This document shows positions 12,559 through 28,699 of a stretch of 64,000 bases of DNA, in pieces; position 1 is the stretch's first letter; each line of letters starts with the position of its first letter. Under the pieces are notes generated by a model. It ran no database searches, had not been told where the DNA came from, and was given only the letters and a program-made list of their open reading frames with translations. A program made the position numbers and the translations under genes. This DNA comes from the human T2T-CHM13v2.0 reference genome, Homo sapiens: NCBI RefSeq assembly GCF_009914755.1, contig NC_060947.1. The stretch is one strand, 5' to 3'.

Positions 12559-13023
12559 TCAAAGAAGTACCACTGGTTGAAAGGTATAGAGGCGAAGATG
12601 GCCGAATAGGAACAGCTCTGGTCTACAGCTCCCAGCGTGAGCGATGCAGAAGACGGGTGATTTCTGCATTTCCATCTGAGGTACCAGGTTCATCTCACTA
12701 GGGAGTGCCAGACAGTGGGCGCAGGACAGTGGGTGCACAAGCCGAAGCAGGGCGAGGCATTGCCTCACTCGGGAAGCGTAAGGGGTCAGGGAGTTCCCTT
12801 TCCTAGCCAAAGAAAGGGGTGACAGACGGCACCTGGAAAATCGGGTCACTCCCACCCCAATACTGCGCTTTTCCGGTGGGCTTAAAAAACGGCGCACCAG
12901 GAGATTATATCCCGCACCTGGCTCAGAGGGTCCTACGCCCATGGAGTCTCGCTGATTGCTAGCAGAGCAGTCTGTGATCAAACCGCAAGGTGGCAGCGAG
13001 GCTGGGGGATGGGTGCCCACCAT
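12559..13023 (-). CDS. L1 antisense ORF0-like frame (154 aa) reading out into flanking DNA
   Basis: GCAATGG start at 13023; MVGTHPPASLPPC...GVGPSEPG...TRFSRC resembles ORF0; open through the L1 5' end and the TSD. Confidence 0.55.
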   Translation of the reverse strand: MVGTHPPASLPPCGLITDCSASNQRDSMGVGPSEPGAGYNLLVRRFLSPPEKRSIGVGVTRFSRCRLSPLSLARKGNSLTPYASRVRQCLALLRLVHPLSCAHCLALPSEMNLVPQMEMQKSPVFCIAHAGSCRPELFLFGHLRLYTFQPVVLL

Positions 13024-13606
13024 TGCCCAGGCTTGCTTAGGTAAACAAAGCAGCCCTGAAGCTCGAACTGGGTGGAGCCCACCACAGCTCAAGGAGGCCT
13101 GCCTGCCTCTGTAGGCTCCACCTCTGGGGGCAGGGCACAAACAAACAAAAAGACAGCAGTAACCTCTGCAGACTTAAACGTCCCTGTCTGACAGCTTTGA
13201 AGAGAGCAGTGGTTCTCCCAGCACGCAGCTGGAGATCTGAGAACGGGCAGACTGCCTCCTCAAGTGGGTCCCTGACCCCTGACCCCCGAGCAGCCTAACT
13301 GGAAGGCACCCCCCAGCAGGGGCAGACTGACACCTCACATGGCCGGGTACTCCTCTGAGACAAAACTTCCAGAGGAACGATCAGACAGCAGCATTCGCGG
13401 TTCACGAAAATCCGCTGTTCTGCAGCCACCGCTGCTGGTACCCAGGCAAGCAGTGTCTGGAGTAGACCTCTAGCAAACTCCAGCAGACCTGCAGCTGAGG
13501 GTCCTGTCTGTTAGAAGAAAAACTAACAAACAGAAAGGACATCCACACCAAAATCCCATCTGTACATCACCATCATCAAAGACCAAAAATAGATAAAACC
13601 ACAAAG

Positions 13607-14623
13607 ATGGGGAAAAAACAGAGCAGAAAAACTGGAAACTCTAAAAAGCAGAGCGCCTCTCCTCCTCCAAAGGAACGCAGCTCCTCACCAGCAACAGAAC
13701 AAAGCTGGACGGAGAATGCCTTTGACGAGTTGAGAGAAGAAGGCTTCAGACGATCAAACTACTCCGAGCTACAGGAGGAAATTCAAACCAAAGGCAAAGA
13801 AGTTGAAAACTTTGAAAAAAATTTAGACGAAAGTATAACTAGAATAATCAATACAGAGAAGTGCTTAAAGGAGCTGATGGAGATGAAAGCCAAGGCTCAA
13901 GAACTACATGAAGAGTGCAGAAGCCTCAGGAGCCGATGCAATCAACTGGAAGAAAGGGTATCAGTGATGGAAGATGAAATGAATGAAATGAAGCAAGAAG
14001 GGAAGTTTAGAGAAAAAAGAATAAAAAGAAACAAACAAAGCCTCCAAGAAATATGGGACTATGTGAAAAGACCAAATCTATGTCTGATTGGTGTACCTGA
14101 AAGTGACGGGGAGAATGCAACCAAGTTGGAAAACACTCTGCAGGATATTATCCAGGAGAACTACCCCAATCTAGCAAGGCAGGCCAACATTCAGATTCAG
14201 GAAATACAGAGAATGCCACAAAGATACTCCTCGAGAAGAGCAACTCCAAGACACATAATTGTCAGATTCACCAAAGTTGAAATGAAGGAAAAAATGTTAA
14301 GGGCAGCCAGAGAGAAAGGTCGGGTTACCCACAAAGGGAAGCCCATCAGACTAACAGCGGATCTCTCGGCAGAAACTCTACAAGCCAGAAGAGAGTGGGG
14401 GCCAATATTCAACATTCTTAAAGAAAAGAATTTTCAATCCAGAATTTCATATCCAGCCAAACTAAGCTTCATAAGTGAAGGAGAAATAAAATCCTTTACA
14501 GACAAGCAAATGCTGAGAGATTTTGTCACCACCAGGCCTGCCCTACAAGAGATCCTGAAGGAAGCACTAAACACGGAAAGGAACAACCGGTACCAGCCAC
14601 TGCAAAAACATGCCAAATTGTAA
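13607..14623 (+). CDS. L1 ORF1p (338 aa, open)
   Basis: MGKKQSRKTGNSK...YPAKLS...; full canonical length. Confidence 0.95.
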   Translation: MGKKQSRKTGNSKKQSASPPPKERSSSPATEQSWTENAFDELREEGFRRSNYSELQEEIQTKGKEVENFEKNLDESITRIINTEKCLKELMEMKAKAQELHEECRSLRSRCNQLEERVSVMEDEMNEMKQEGKFREKRIKRNKQSLQEIWDYVKRPNLCLIGVPESDGENATKLENTLQDIIQENYPNLARQANIQIQEIQRMPQRYSSRRATPRHIIVRFTKVEMKEKMLRAAREKGRVTHKGKPIRLTADLSAETLQARREWGPIFNILKEKNFQSRISYPAKLSFISEGEIKSFTDKQMLRDFVTTRPALQEILKEALNTERNNRYQPLQKHAKL

Positions 14624-14671
14624 AGACCATCGAGGCTAGGAAGAAACTGCATCAACTAACTAGCAAAATAA

Positions 14672-18514
<3,843 letters not shown>

Positions 18515-19792
18515 ACAATGAGAACACATGGACACAGGAAGGGGAACATCACACTCTGGGGACTGTTGTGGGGTGGGGGGAGGGGGGAGGGATAGCTTTA
18601 GGAGATATACCTAATGCTAAATGACGAGTTAATGGGTGCAGCACACCAGCATGGCACATGTATACATATGTAACTAACCTGCACATTGTGCACTTGTACC
18701 CTAAAACTTAAAGTATAATAATAATAAAATAAAATAAAAAAATAAAAAAAAGAAAGGTATAGAGGCAAGAAGGGCAGATAGTCAGCCTTTGAGGCACTCT
18801 GCTGAATCTTAGGGCTTGGTGATCCACAGTTTGAAAACACAGTTTGGCTAGATGATAACTAAAGGTCCTTTCCAACTCTAACATTTGATGGTTTATAAGA
18901 TGGACTGTTTACTCTTACAGTTTTGCAGTTTATTTCTCTCTTCCCTAAGCTGGAAATAGAACATCTTTCAAGGCGACAACCATACCATGCCAGTCTTGTA
19001 TTTCCGCTCCTGTACCTAGCTCAATTCTGTACACTTCTAAGTGTTCAGTAAGTACTTGCTATGTTCCTGTCAGTTCAAATAATGTTTGCCTTAGAGCATC
19101 TGTACCTTAAGATGAACATTCTCCTTTGGCCAGAGGGTGATCCCCCTAAGTTTTTTTTTGGGGGGGGTTGGCGGCGGGGTTGCGGGGAGTGGAATGAGTC
19201 TCAAAGACTATCTTTCTATTCTCTTCAGTACCTAAAGCTGATCATGTGAGATCTGACATCCTTGATTACAGAGAACAGCAGGACACAGTGCTTTACAGCT
19301 GGAGCACTTAAGAAAGCCTTTAAAATCTACCATGACAAAGGCATACAAAGTGACAAGAATGTATTAGACATGGTCTTCCAAGAAAAAATGGTCTTCCAAG
19401 AAAAAAAGAGGGCTTGGGAGGAAGGTAGAGCCTCTTTAATAAAAGGTGGGCTGTGGGGGAGGAAGATTGATGGATACTAATTTGCTGTTTGAAAAGATGC
19501 TCTGGTGATAGAGGACAACATCTGAAGAAGGGTCACACTTGAGAAATGTGAGCAAGATGATGAAGCCCAAAATACAGAGGCAGAAATAACTGTAATACAT
19601 TCAGTAGGTTTAGTGTTATATTTATTGATTTGCTAATACTACTCCATTGCTCTGCCTGACTGGCAGAAGACAGACAGCTCTTGTGCTTTAGGTTTAACCC
19701 ACTGAAAAGAAAGATACAAAACCTAAAAAGCTGAATTATTCTTTTTTATATAATTGGGTGAAACTCTCAAGTTTTTTACTTAAAGACAACTG

Positions 19793-20044
19793 ACACTGCA
19801 TGTTCTCACTCTTAAGTGGGAGTTGAACAATGAGAACCGTGGACACAGGGAGGGGAACATCACACACTGGGGCCTGTCGGGGGCTGGGGGGCTGGGGGAG
19901 GGATAGCATTAGGAGAAATACCTAATGTAGATGATGTGCTGATGGGTGCAGCAAACCACCATGGCACATGTATACCTATGTAACAAACCTGCATGTTCTG
20001 CACATGTATTCCAGAACTTAAAGTATAATGAAAAAGAAAAAGAA
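19793..20044 (+). mobile_element. 5'-truncated L1PA7/8-like 3' end
   Basis: L1 3'UTR with GGAGAAATACCTAATGTAGATGA and GCAAACCACCATGGC; A-rich tail; short TSD-like AAAGACA. Confidence 0.88.
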
Positions 20045-22151
20045 AAAGACATGATCCAATATAGTAAAGCATGAATACAGGTGACAACATACAGAAACAA
20101 AATAAAACAAAACAAAACAAACTACCAAAAAACTCTTTGATTTGCCTCAACTGGAGAAAATCACTATTTGGATCCAGACACTTTACAGATCTGTAGCAAA
20201 CCAGTTTAAAGAATGTTATGCTTTCCCAATCAATAAAAAAGTGGTCAGAAAGACAGGCATTCAGCTAGCAAATGTTTGCAATTTACAGTATTAATAGTCA
20301 TTGGCAGTTCAAGCTTTTACACCAATCTTTTGATAGTCATGATTAAAGAAGGATTACTTAAAATAAATGGAACCGAGTTTTAGTTTTTCGAGTTCATAAA
20401 GCATCAAGCTTCAAACGTGCCTCCATGTCTAACAAAGGTTTACTTCTTACTTTCACCTGGAAAATAACTTAGCCTCTCAGTGTCCATTTCCTCTTTATAG
20501 AAACACCTGGCCAATCCCACAGGTTATCTTCCCTTTACCTCAACTTTCTACCCCTATCCTTCCTTTTATCCAAACAGCAAGGTCTTACTGAAAACGAAAT
20601 TGTACCTGACAAACAGCATTTTGTCAAGTCAAAAACCACCTGTTCTTTCCCAAGCGGCCCAGGCTGTATACTCTGCGTCTACTGGGTGCCCAGTGGGAAA
20701 TCAAATCAGATAGGGCACAGCAGGTCAGTGAGTGTGTTTATTGGGCATATTCTATCATGCCTCTGTGGACAGGTTCACAGTAGGAGAGCCCAAGAGGAAA
20801 GAATCTTCCTCTGAAGTCACAATCTGGAGTCCAAATCAGCACTGGAAGTTCTATCCCAATCTCTTCCACCCAAGTATTTCTCTAGATTGTTAGTTGGCTA
20901 TACTAAAACCCCTGTGAATGTTATACTTCACAATTCACCATTACCTGGTGTAAAGAATAATGATAGTTGTGATGCTAATCATAGAGAAGCAGTGTGATTA
21001 CAGGATGAGAAAGCTTTTATCGGGGTAAAGTGGAAATGTCACATGGCAATGTCTGAGCGGAGGGTTGTTAAAGCAATCAAAGCCATCAGCAACTGGAAAG
21101 CACCCAGGCCTGACTTCCTGCAGATTTTTTTTGGGTCTGAGTTGCTCAAGACAGCACACAGAGCTAGTGCAAAATGCTCTGCAGGAACACTCAGTGAGCC
21201 AGCCATGACACTTGGTTTGTATGGCACCTTGCAAAAACTGCCGTTTTTCAGCAATACAGTCTTGCCTGATAAAAACAGATCAACTGTATGCCCACCTACC
21301 ATCTCTTGAGAAGAATGGCATCCACTTTGGCATTATGAGAGCAATAATATACCCAGAAACACTGAAAAGCTGTTAAAAAGGACCAATAAGTTGTAACAGC
21401 CAGGTGATTCAAGATTGAGGAATAGCTGTATGGCTAACCAAAAGAAATTCTGGGTAGGAGTGAGGTGGTCCCATAGAAAAGGGTTGTATCTATTATGAGC
21501 CAATTTTTTCTCCATCAGGAAGAAGGATCTGGTGTTCTAAAGAATGCAGTGTGGATGCTCCTGTGAATGTTTGTTTCAGCTGCAGGTGTTAGTGACTTTA
21601 TTAGGAAAGAAAGAAAGTGAGCTCTTTCAGGAGTAGGGTATAAATAGGCTGGGTGACCCTGGTTTCTTGGCAATGATAAACATGTGCATAAGTCAAACAA
21701 AATGTTAAGCTCCACCTCTAGCTTGGTGTCACTGATTTGGAAAATGAAGCAACTCTGGCAGTTTGTTTGAGATAAACCCGAAAGTATATAGAAGTGTGGG
21801 GGCTGGAATTTAAACAACCACAAACAAGTTTTTAATTTCTAGGTAACAAAAACACCGAGGGGCAGTCTTATTCAAGTTATTTTTAAGCCAGGGATCATAA
21901 TGCTATTCAAACTGGATCAGGACCTCTTCTGCACTATGAGCAGGCTCTGAACTTGAGATGTGATGGCTAGCTGTTCCCCTATTTCAGTTTTCCCATTCTT
22001 CATTAAATGATATAACTCTGACATTTTAGCTAGGCACATAGCCACCCAGAATAAAGACTACAATTCTTGATCTCACTTTTAGGTGACTGTGACCCTGGGA
22101 CTAAGTTCTGAACCATGGGATGTAAGCAAAAGGGATGTCATGAGATATTTC

Positions 22152-22440
22152 TTTTTTTAGAGACAGAGTCTCAGTCTGTCACTCAGGCTGTGGTGCAGTG
22201 ACACAATCATAGTGCACTGCAGCCCTGAGCTCCTGGGCTCAAGTGATCCTCCAGCCTCAGCCTCCCAAGAATCTGGGACTACAGGTGCACATCACCACAC
22301 CTGGCTAATTTTTAAAATTTTTGTAGAGACAAAGTCTCACTATGTTGCCCAGGCTGGTCTTGAACTCCTGGGCTCAAGTGATCTTCCCATCCAGGTCTCC
22401 CAAAACACTGGGATTAAGGTGTGAGCGATCATGTCTGGCT
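22152..22440 (-). mobile_element. AluJ
   Basis: Dimeric Alu with J-type CTCCTGGGCTCAAGTGATC in both arms; degenerate TSD GAGAT(AT)TTCT. Confidence 0.9.
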
Positions 22441-22668
22441 GAGATTTCTAAGCATCTTTAAATGGAGGGGCATACTCCTTTCCCCTAGTCTCTCATGGTG
22501 CTGTTGGAAGGAAGATATGATGGCTCAAGCTAGAGCAGCCATTTTGGACCCTGAATTGGAAATCATATGTTGAGAATAGTGGAGAAAGAAGATAGAAGTA
22601 GTCTGGGTCCCTGATGATCATGGAGATGCCATTCAAGCCCACAACTACCTACATGGACTCTTACATCA

Positions 22669-23643
22669 TCTCAACATTGAATTTTTCTACTCTAGAAGTT
22701 CTATTCGGGTCTTTCATGTCTTGACTTAATATACTCAATTTTTCATCTAGGTTCTTAAAAACACCAAAAGTTATAATAACTGTTTAAACGTCTTTGTCTT
22801 GTAATCCTATAATCTGTGTTATTTCTGGGTCAGTTTTGGTTGGTTGACTTTTCTCATTAGGAGTCCTATTTCCCTGCTCTTTTTGATGCCTGGTCGTTTT
22901 TGTTTGTAAGTCAGATGTGAATTTTATCTGGTTGGGTGCTGGATATTTTGTGTTTCTGTAAATACTCCTTGGCTTTGCTCTGTGACACAGTTAACTTACT
23001 TGGAAACAGATTCTTTCAAGGCTTGTTTTAAAACTTTATTTGGCAGCTCTAGAGCAGCCTTGAGTTTAGGGCTAATTTGGCACTGCTACTGAGGCATGAT
23101 CCTTTTAGTACTCTGATGCTATGTGAGTTATAAAGTTTTCTATTCTGGCTGGTGGGGCAGGCACTATTTACAGCCCTATATGATCTCTGAGGATTGTTCC
23201 TTCTGCTCCTTTTGGGTAGTTCTTTCCCCAGTCTAGGTTAGTTTCCTTACACACATGTGTTGCTCAGTGCTCAACCGAAGATTCAAGGAGGACTCCAAAT
23301 ATCTCCGGAGTTCTCTTTTCATGCAGCTCTCTCTTCTCTAATACTTGTTCTGCAAATTCTACCTGTCTAGGTCTCCCTGGATTCCCAGCTGCATCTCCTC
23401 ATCTACTGGGCTTTGCCTCAGTTCCCTGTCCTTGTACCACTGCCGGGAAACTCTGTCCAGGTAATAAGCTGGGGTCATCATAGGGCTCACCTTGTTAGTT
23501 TCCTGTCTCTCAGGAATCACTGTTCCTTGTGGCCTGGTATCCAATGTCTGAAAACCATTGTTTTCCTTTTGTCTGGTTTTTCACTTGTTTTAGGCATGAG
23601 GGTAAGTCCAGCCCCTGTTGCTCCATCTTGGCCAAAAGTGGGA
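22669..23643 (-). mobile_element. 5' portion of an old L1M element
   Basis: Right end CCATCTTGGCCAAAAGTGG is the reverse complement of an L1M-type 5' start; left end resembles ORF1. Confidence 0.55.
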
Positions 23644-24429
23644 ACTTTTATATCAGAGAGAAATAAATGACTGTATTGTTTAATTAACTGTTATTTTGGG
23701 TTTTCTGTCATTTGTAGCCAAATATAATCTTAACAAGCACAGGGTTGATCTTTAATTTATTTAGAACAGCTTCTAATTTTGATATAGAAAAGCTAAGATT
23801 TTTAGAGCAGCCAAAGGCTTGAATAGTGCCTAAGTAAGGTCAAATACCTGGATGAAAACGAAAAGCTCTGTCATTTCCCATGAGAAACATAGTACTTAAG
23901 CAGCCAAATCAATTCCAGCTGGTGCCAGTTGACAAAAAAAGTACATTTTTTTTGTTTAGTATGATTAATTTCTCATTCATGGAGACAGTAATTCCAATTG
24001 GACAGAAATTTATTCAATAACCTTTTTCTGAGCATATACTATAGCCTAGGCACTAGGCTAAGTTCTAGACATAAAGGCGTGTATAGACTGGGGCATAATA
24101 CTCTACCAGGAGTTCACAATTTAGATATGGAACTCCTTATTTAGATAAGGTCCCTTGTCATGTGAATAGTTCATGAATTTGGCTAAGAAGCTTAGTGCCA
24201 GCTTATTTTTAAATAAATCTCTTTTTTTTTTCATTTAATTAGGGATAATGCCTTTTCAACCCATGGTTCTGCAGTGAACCAAGTAATTTATACTTTCAGT
24301 GTAAAGAAGCTTCTCCTGGAACTGAATATTCACACAAATGATAAGCTTTACTGGTATCATTGCAATGGAGAAATATATTGGGCGCCACCCTAACCAAATG
24401 ATTATGTTTAACATTACCAATAATTGGAA

Positions 24430-24810
24430 AAATGACATCATGTTCCTCCTGATGTGAGACACTGAGAAGGACATAACATGGTAGTAAACTAAAAGGTTTA
24501 ACTGCAATGTATTCATGAGAAATAATCAGACAAATCTAACTGAGAGATATTCTGCAAAACAACTGGCCTGGACTCTTAACAAATATCAGCATCATAAAAG
24601 ACAAAAGAATAAAAGTGGGGGTCTGGGGAATTGTTCTAGATTAATGGAGATCAAAGAGGCTGTCAGCTAAATGCAAAGCATAATCTTTGATTGGATTCTG
24701 CATTGAAAAAACAAAATTATAAGGACATCATTGGGATAACGGGGAAGTTTGACTACAGACTCTAAACCTGTATATTTTATCAATGTTATATTTCCCAAGA
24801 GCAATGAGTA

Positions 24811-24846
<36 letters not shown>

Positions 24847-25075
24847 CAGAGTGTCTTTGTTCTTAGGAGATTCATGCTTAAGTATTTAGGGGTGAAAATT
24901 CAAATATCTGCAACTCACTCTCAAATAGTTTGTAGAAATAAAGAGATGGAGCAAGTGTGGAAAAATATTAACAATTGGTGAATCTAGGTGAAAGGTATAT
25001 GGGTGTTCTTTGTACTATTCTTGCAACTTTTCTGAAGGTTTGAAAATGTTCAAATTAAAAAGTTGGCAGGAAAAC
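24430..25075 (+). mobile_element. Old L1M 3'UTR fragment containing a (TG)n tract
   Basis: TTGGTGAATCTAGGTGAAAGGTATATGGGTGTTCTTTGTACTATTCTTGCAACTTTTCTG typical of L1MC/ME ends. Confidence 0.7.
24813..24844. repeat. (TG)n microsatellite
   Basis: Direct reading. Confidence 0.95.
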
Positions 25076-25398
25076 AAAAGGCTTGTGCCAAGTTTTTGTT
25101 TTTGTTTTTGTTTTCGTTTTAAAAAAAAACTTCTCTAATTATTGTAGGTGCAAGCTTTGGTGTTCCTAAAAGGTTTCAAGAAGGGCCAGACATAGACTTG
25201 CAGGCAGCAACCTCCATTCCTCTGGGCATTCCCTTAAGTTGTCCTACTCTCTGCAATATCCCAGCCCATTGGCCTGCACTCACTTCTCTCTCCCTTTTGC
25301 ATATATTAAAACCAAGCTCCCTGAATAACGCTCACACTTTAATTCTTATTGAATTTATATAAACTAAGGATAGCAATGGCCTCATGGAATTCTGCTTC

Positions 25399-25592
25399 CA
25401 GTGGTGTGCTGGAACTGGCTTGCACTGGCCTGCATTGGCTGGCACTGGTTTGCAGGAGCGAATCTCGTCAGTAGTTTGAAATCAGCCATGCTGGAAATAC
25501 TTACACCATGGATATCTGCAAATGTTACTAATCAGTGTCCCCCTCTCACCCTCTCCCAGAGCCAGTGGTTAAACATTTACCAGAGCATCCCT
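25399..25592. mobile_element. MER63-like hAT-Blackjack element
   Basis: CAGTGGTGTGCTGG...TTTGAAATCAGCCATG...TAAACATTTACCAG. Confidence 0.65.
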
Positions 25593-26521
25593 AACTTTAA
25601 TCCTTACCCTGTAAGCGATATTCTGCAGACTCTATAATTGTTTTACAATGTTTCTAAAGGATCTTGAAATTCTCAGAAGATTGCTAACAAAATATCTCAT
25701 GGAAGGCTCCCTGGTGGCCTCTATTTAGTCCAAGAGGAGGCTTTCATTAAACTGAAGATGTAAGTAGGAAGAAGGAAGTTTACTGTAAAAAGAAAAAGTG
25801 TTCACTGTGCTCTCATCCAAAAAGGCTTTCTACTGAGTGGAATTTAATGAAGTAGAAAAGAGGGCTTGACCAGGAGACAAATGGCCTTGTCACTTGCTGA
25901 CTGTATAAAATTAAGCAAGGCAAATAACCTCTCTGGGCCACAATTTTCTTGTCTCTAAAATGGGATCATTAATAAAAGTACCTGTCTCACAGTTACTATT
26001 AAGTGGTGTGGGATTTCCACATCTATGTATTAAAATGTGACATATAATCATCAGAGCTAACGTTTAATGAGTCCTTTGTAGAAGGCAAACATTGTACTAA
26101 TTTGCTTAGAAATATAATCTCAATTAGACTTTACCATAATTCTATAAATTTGGAATTATTAATACTTCCTTGATCTTAGAATTGAGCCCAAAGCAATGTA
26201 GTATGTGCTTAATACTTGTTTATTGTTACTGGTAACTCCTTGTATTTGTGAATAATTAAATTTGGTCTTTGTCATAATCTGGTGAACACGCAAGGTGTTA
26301 TGTCCTTAACCTAAACCTCAGATTAAATGTCTTGTTAATAAGCAGCACAGCAGAGAGCAGAGCTAAATCCTTTGAACTCTCAGTCCTGTGCTCTGCTACC
26401 TGTGTGACTTTGGTCATGACACTACCCATCTCCCAGTTCCTGGGTGCTTTTTAATCTGAAAAAGAAAGAGGTTGAATTTGGAGATCACATAGGGCCTTCC
26501 AAATCAGATACGTCTTGAGTC

Positions 26522-26635
26522 TGGGGTGACCAATTCATTCCAGTTTGCCTAGGACATTTCCAGTGTTAGCACATTAAGTCCCATGTCTTGGGAAAGCCCT
26601 CAGTCCTGTGCAAACCAGGGTGGCTAGTCACTCTA
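26522..26635. mobile_element. MER81-like hAT-Blackjack MITE (114 bp)
   Basis: TIRs TGGGGTGACC / AGTCACTCTA; 8-bp TSD CTTGAGTC/GTTGGGTC. Confidence 0.75.
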
Positions 26636-26864
26636 GTTGGGTCTGCCCTCTCATTCACAGAATCAACCTAGGCTTCTGTCCAAGAGGACCTACCCAGCTC
26701 CATTATCTAGCTCCAGTCACCTCATTTCCTCAGCTCTCATTAGGACCTTATTTACTGATACTTTCTCAGTCTCTTTTGTGGTCTTCTCTTTCTCTGCATG
26801 TCCAACAATTTCCCCATAATCCTCTCTGCTGGTGATAAGCACTGACAACATTTTAGTGCATGTC

Positions 26865-27260
26865 ATTTCAACCTTTTTTAAAAATTGGGTGTAGAATAAT
26901 TATCATTACAAAATTGTGATCATATTGTATAAATACTTGTTTTCCATAATTCTCACTTAACATTATGCCATAAGCATTTTTACAAGTATTAAACATTCTT
27001 CCAAGAAACATTACTTTATGTGACCATATGATATTCCACTGTAAGGGATATACCATACTTCTTTAAGTAACCATTCTCCTATTGTAAGACATATAGGCTT
27101 TTTCTATTTTTTTTTTTACTGTTACAAATAGGGCTCTGATTAGTATCTTCACTTATAAATCTTTCTTACTCCTGTATTTCCTTCAATTAAATTCATAAGA
27201 GTAGAATTCCTGGGTTAAAGACTGTGAACATTTTTAATGTTATTGATACAAAATGCCAAA
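26865..27260 (-). mobile_element. Old L1ME-like fragment
   Basis: ATATTCCACTGTAAGGGATATACCATA...CATTCTCCTATTG...AGTAGAATTCCTGGGTTAAAG pattern. Confidence 0.6.
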
Positions 27261-27814
27261 AATGCAGAGAGGATTAGCTGAGACGGGAAATTGCCAGTAT
27301 TAATTTTAGAGACACATTTGGAAACGCTTTAAACAATATCTGGGTGAATGTGGAGCTTCTTTTTATAAATGGTTCTGTGGTGAGAACTTAGATTACCTTG
27401 GAGAGCACTTTAAAGTTAAAATCTAAGAAGGCAAACAAAATTGTTAATGAAATGCTTAGTCAATGTGTATTGTATTGTTTATTGTAGGTGGCATTTTAGA
27501 TTTAGATGACAAACATGATATAGCAGAGGCCTCTTTTTAATCACTGTATAGAATATATCTATGCCCAATATAAGGCATACAACTTAATTTTTTATGTAGA
27601 ATTATTATACTCCTACTGTAATTGTACCTTTGTTAGTATCACAAACTGTTGGTCATATTTTTAATTTTTTTGATACAGTATCCTTGGTCTGAAACATAAT
27701 TCCATTTATAGCATTGTTCTTATGGAAGCAATTTTCTTCGAATATCACTTGTAATATTGCATTTACAGTTAAAAAGTAGGCACCACTTATACCACCATTG
27801 TCTCCTCCTTCCAC

Positions 27815-27833
27815 TGACCACTAGAGGGGAGAA
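27815..27833 (+). promoter_or_regulatory. CTCF-like motif
   Basis: TGACCACTAGAGGGGAGAA resembles the CCACYAGRKGGCRS core. Confidence 0.5.
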
Positions 27834-28381
27834 AACATTCAGCAGTAGCTTACAACATATTTTCATCTTCCAAAGGGACCAAGGTGGTTTTCAACACATG
27901 CTTTCTGTTTAACACTGCCTTCCGCCTTCAGCTATTTCCTGCTGGGACTATTTCTGTAGCATCTAGACTTCATCATTGCAAAATGGGGCCGCCTCTTAGA
28001 AAGATTGTTATCATTTCCTTTATTAGGAGTTTATGAAGCTCTTTAAGAGTGAAAGGGTCATCTTCTCCCGCTTGTTGCATTTTCTCTTCTAGATGAAGGG
28101 AAGGAGATAAGAACTTTAAAGGTAGAGTGATAGAAGCTATTATTCTATATGTGAACAATGAAAATTAGAATATGTGAAGCAATCAAGACAAAATTCCAAG
28201 GACATATCTATAGGACAAAGTGAACTTGTGTACAACAGCAAGAGAAATAAAACCCTGAAAAATCACCACAGTAATCTGTTTCAATCCAACTCAGGGCTTC
28301 TCTGAGCCCCTCCCTGAAAGTCTCAGCCCCCATCTCAGCCTCTTGGCTTACTGCTGCCACCACACAGTAGAAGGAAAAGCA

Positions 28382-28537
28382 CTGTCGTCTCAGCTACTAG
28401 GGAGGCAGAAGTGGAAAGATTTCATGAGCCCAGGTGTTCGAGGCTGCAGTGAGTTATGATGATGCCACTACCCTCCAGCCTGGATGACACAGTGAGATCC
28501 CGTCTCTTAGGAAAAAAAAAAAAAAAAGAAAGGAAAG
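28382..28537 (+). mobile_element. Truncated AluJ/FRAM right arm
   Basis: CAGCTACTAGGGAGGC...GAGGCTGCAGTGAGTTATGAT...CGTCTC plus A tail; TSD-like AGAAGG(A)nGCA. Confidence 0.85.
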
Positions 28538-28699
28538 AGAAGGAAAAAAGCAAAAAAAAAAAAAAAAAAAAAAAAGCCATGATTTCCACTTCAATAATTG
28601 TCTAGCAAAACAGCAAGCCAGCTTTATTGCCGGGACCATTTTATCCTTGTGCCCAAGTCTCCAAGCCTTTGGTTGCCAGCAGTACTTTAGTGTTTTGGG

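Larger units (their letters stand above)
21959..23742 (+). mobile_element. MLT1J-like LTR interrupted by AluJ and the L1M fragment
   Basis: CCCAGAATAAAGACTACA...GCAGCCATTTTGGACCCTGA...GGGTCCCTGATGA; resumes as GAGAGAAATAAA...TTTTGGGTTTTCTGTCA. Confidence 0.65.

Noticed and set aside
19370-19407. 18-bp tandem duplication (also the x3 repeat at ~44367-44418)
   Set aside because: Ordinary slippage duplications with no spacer structure.
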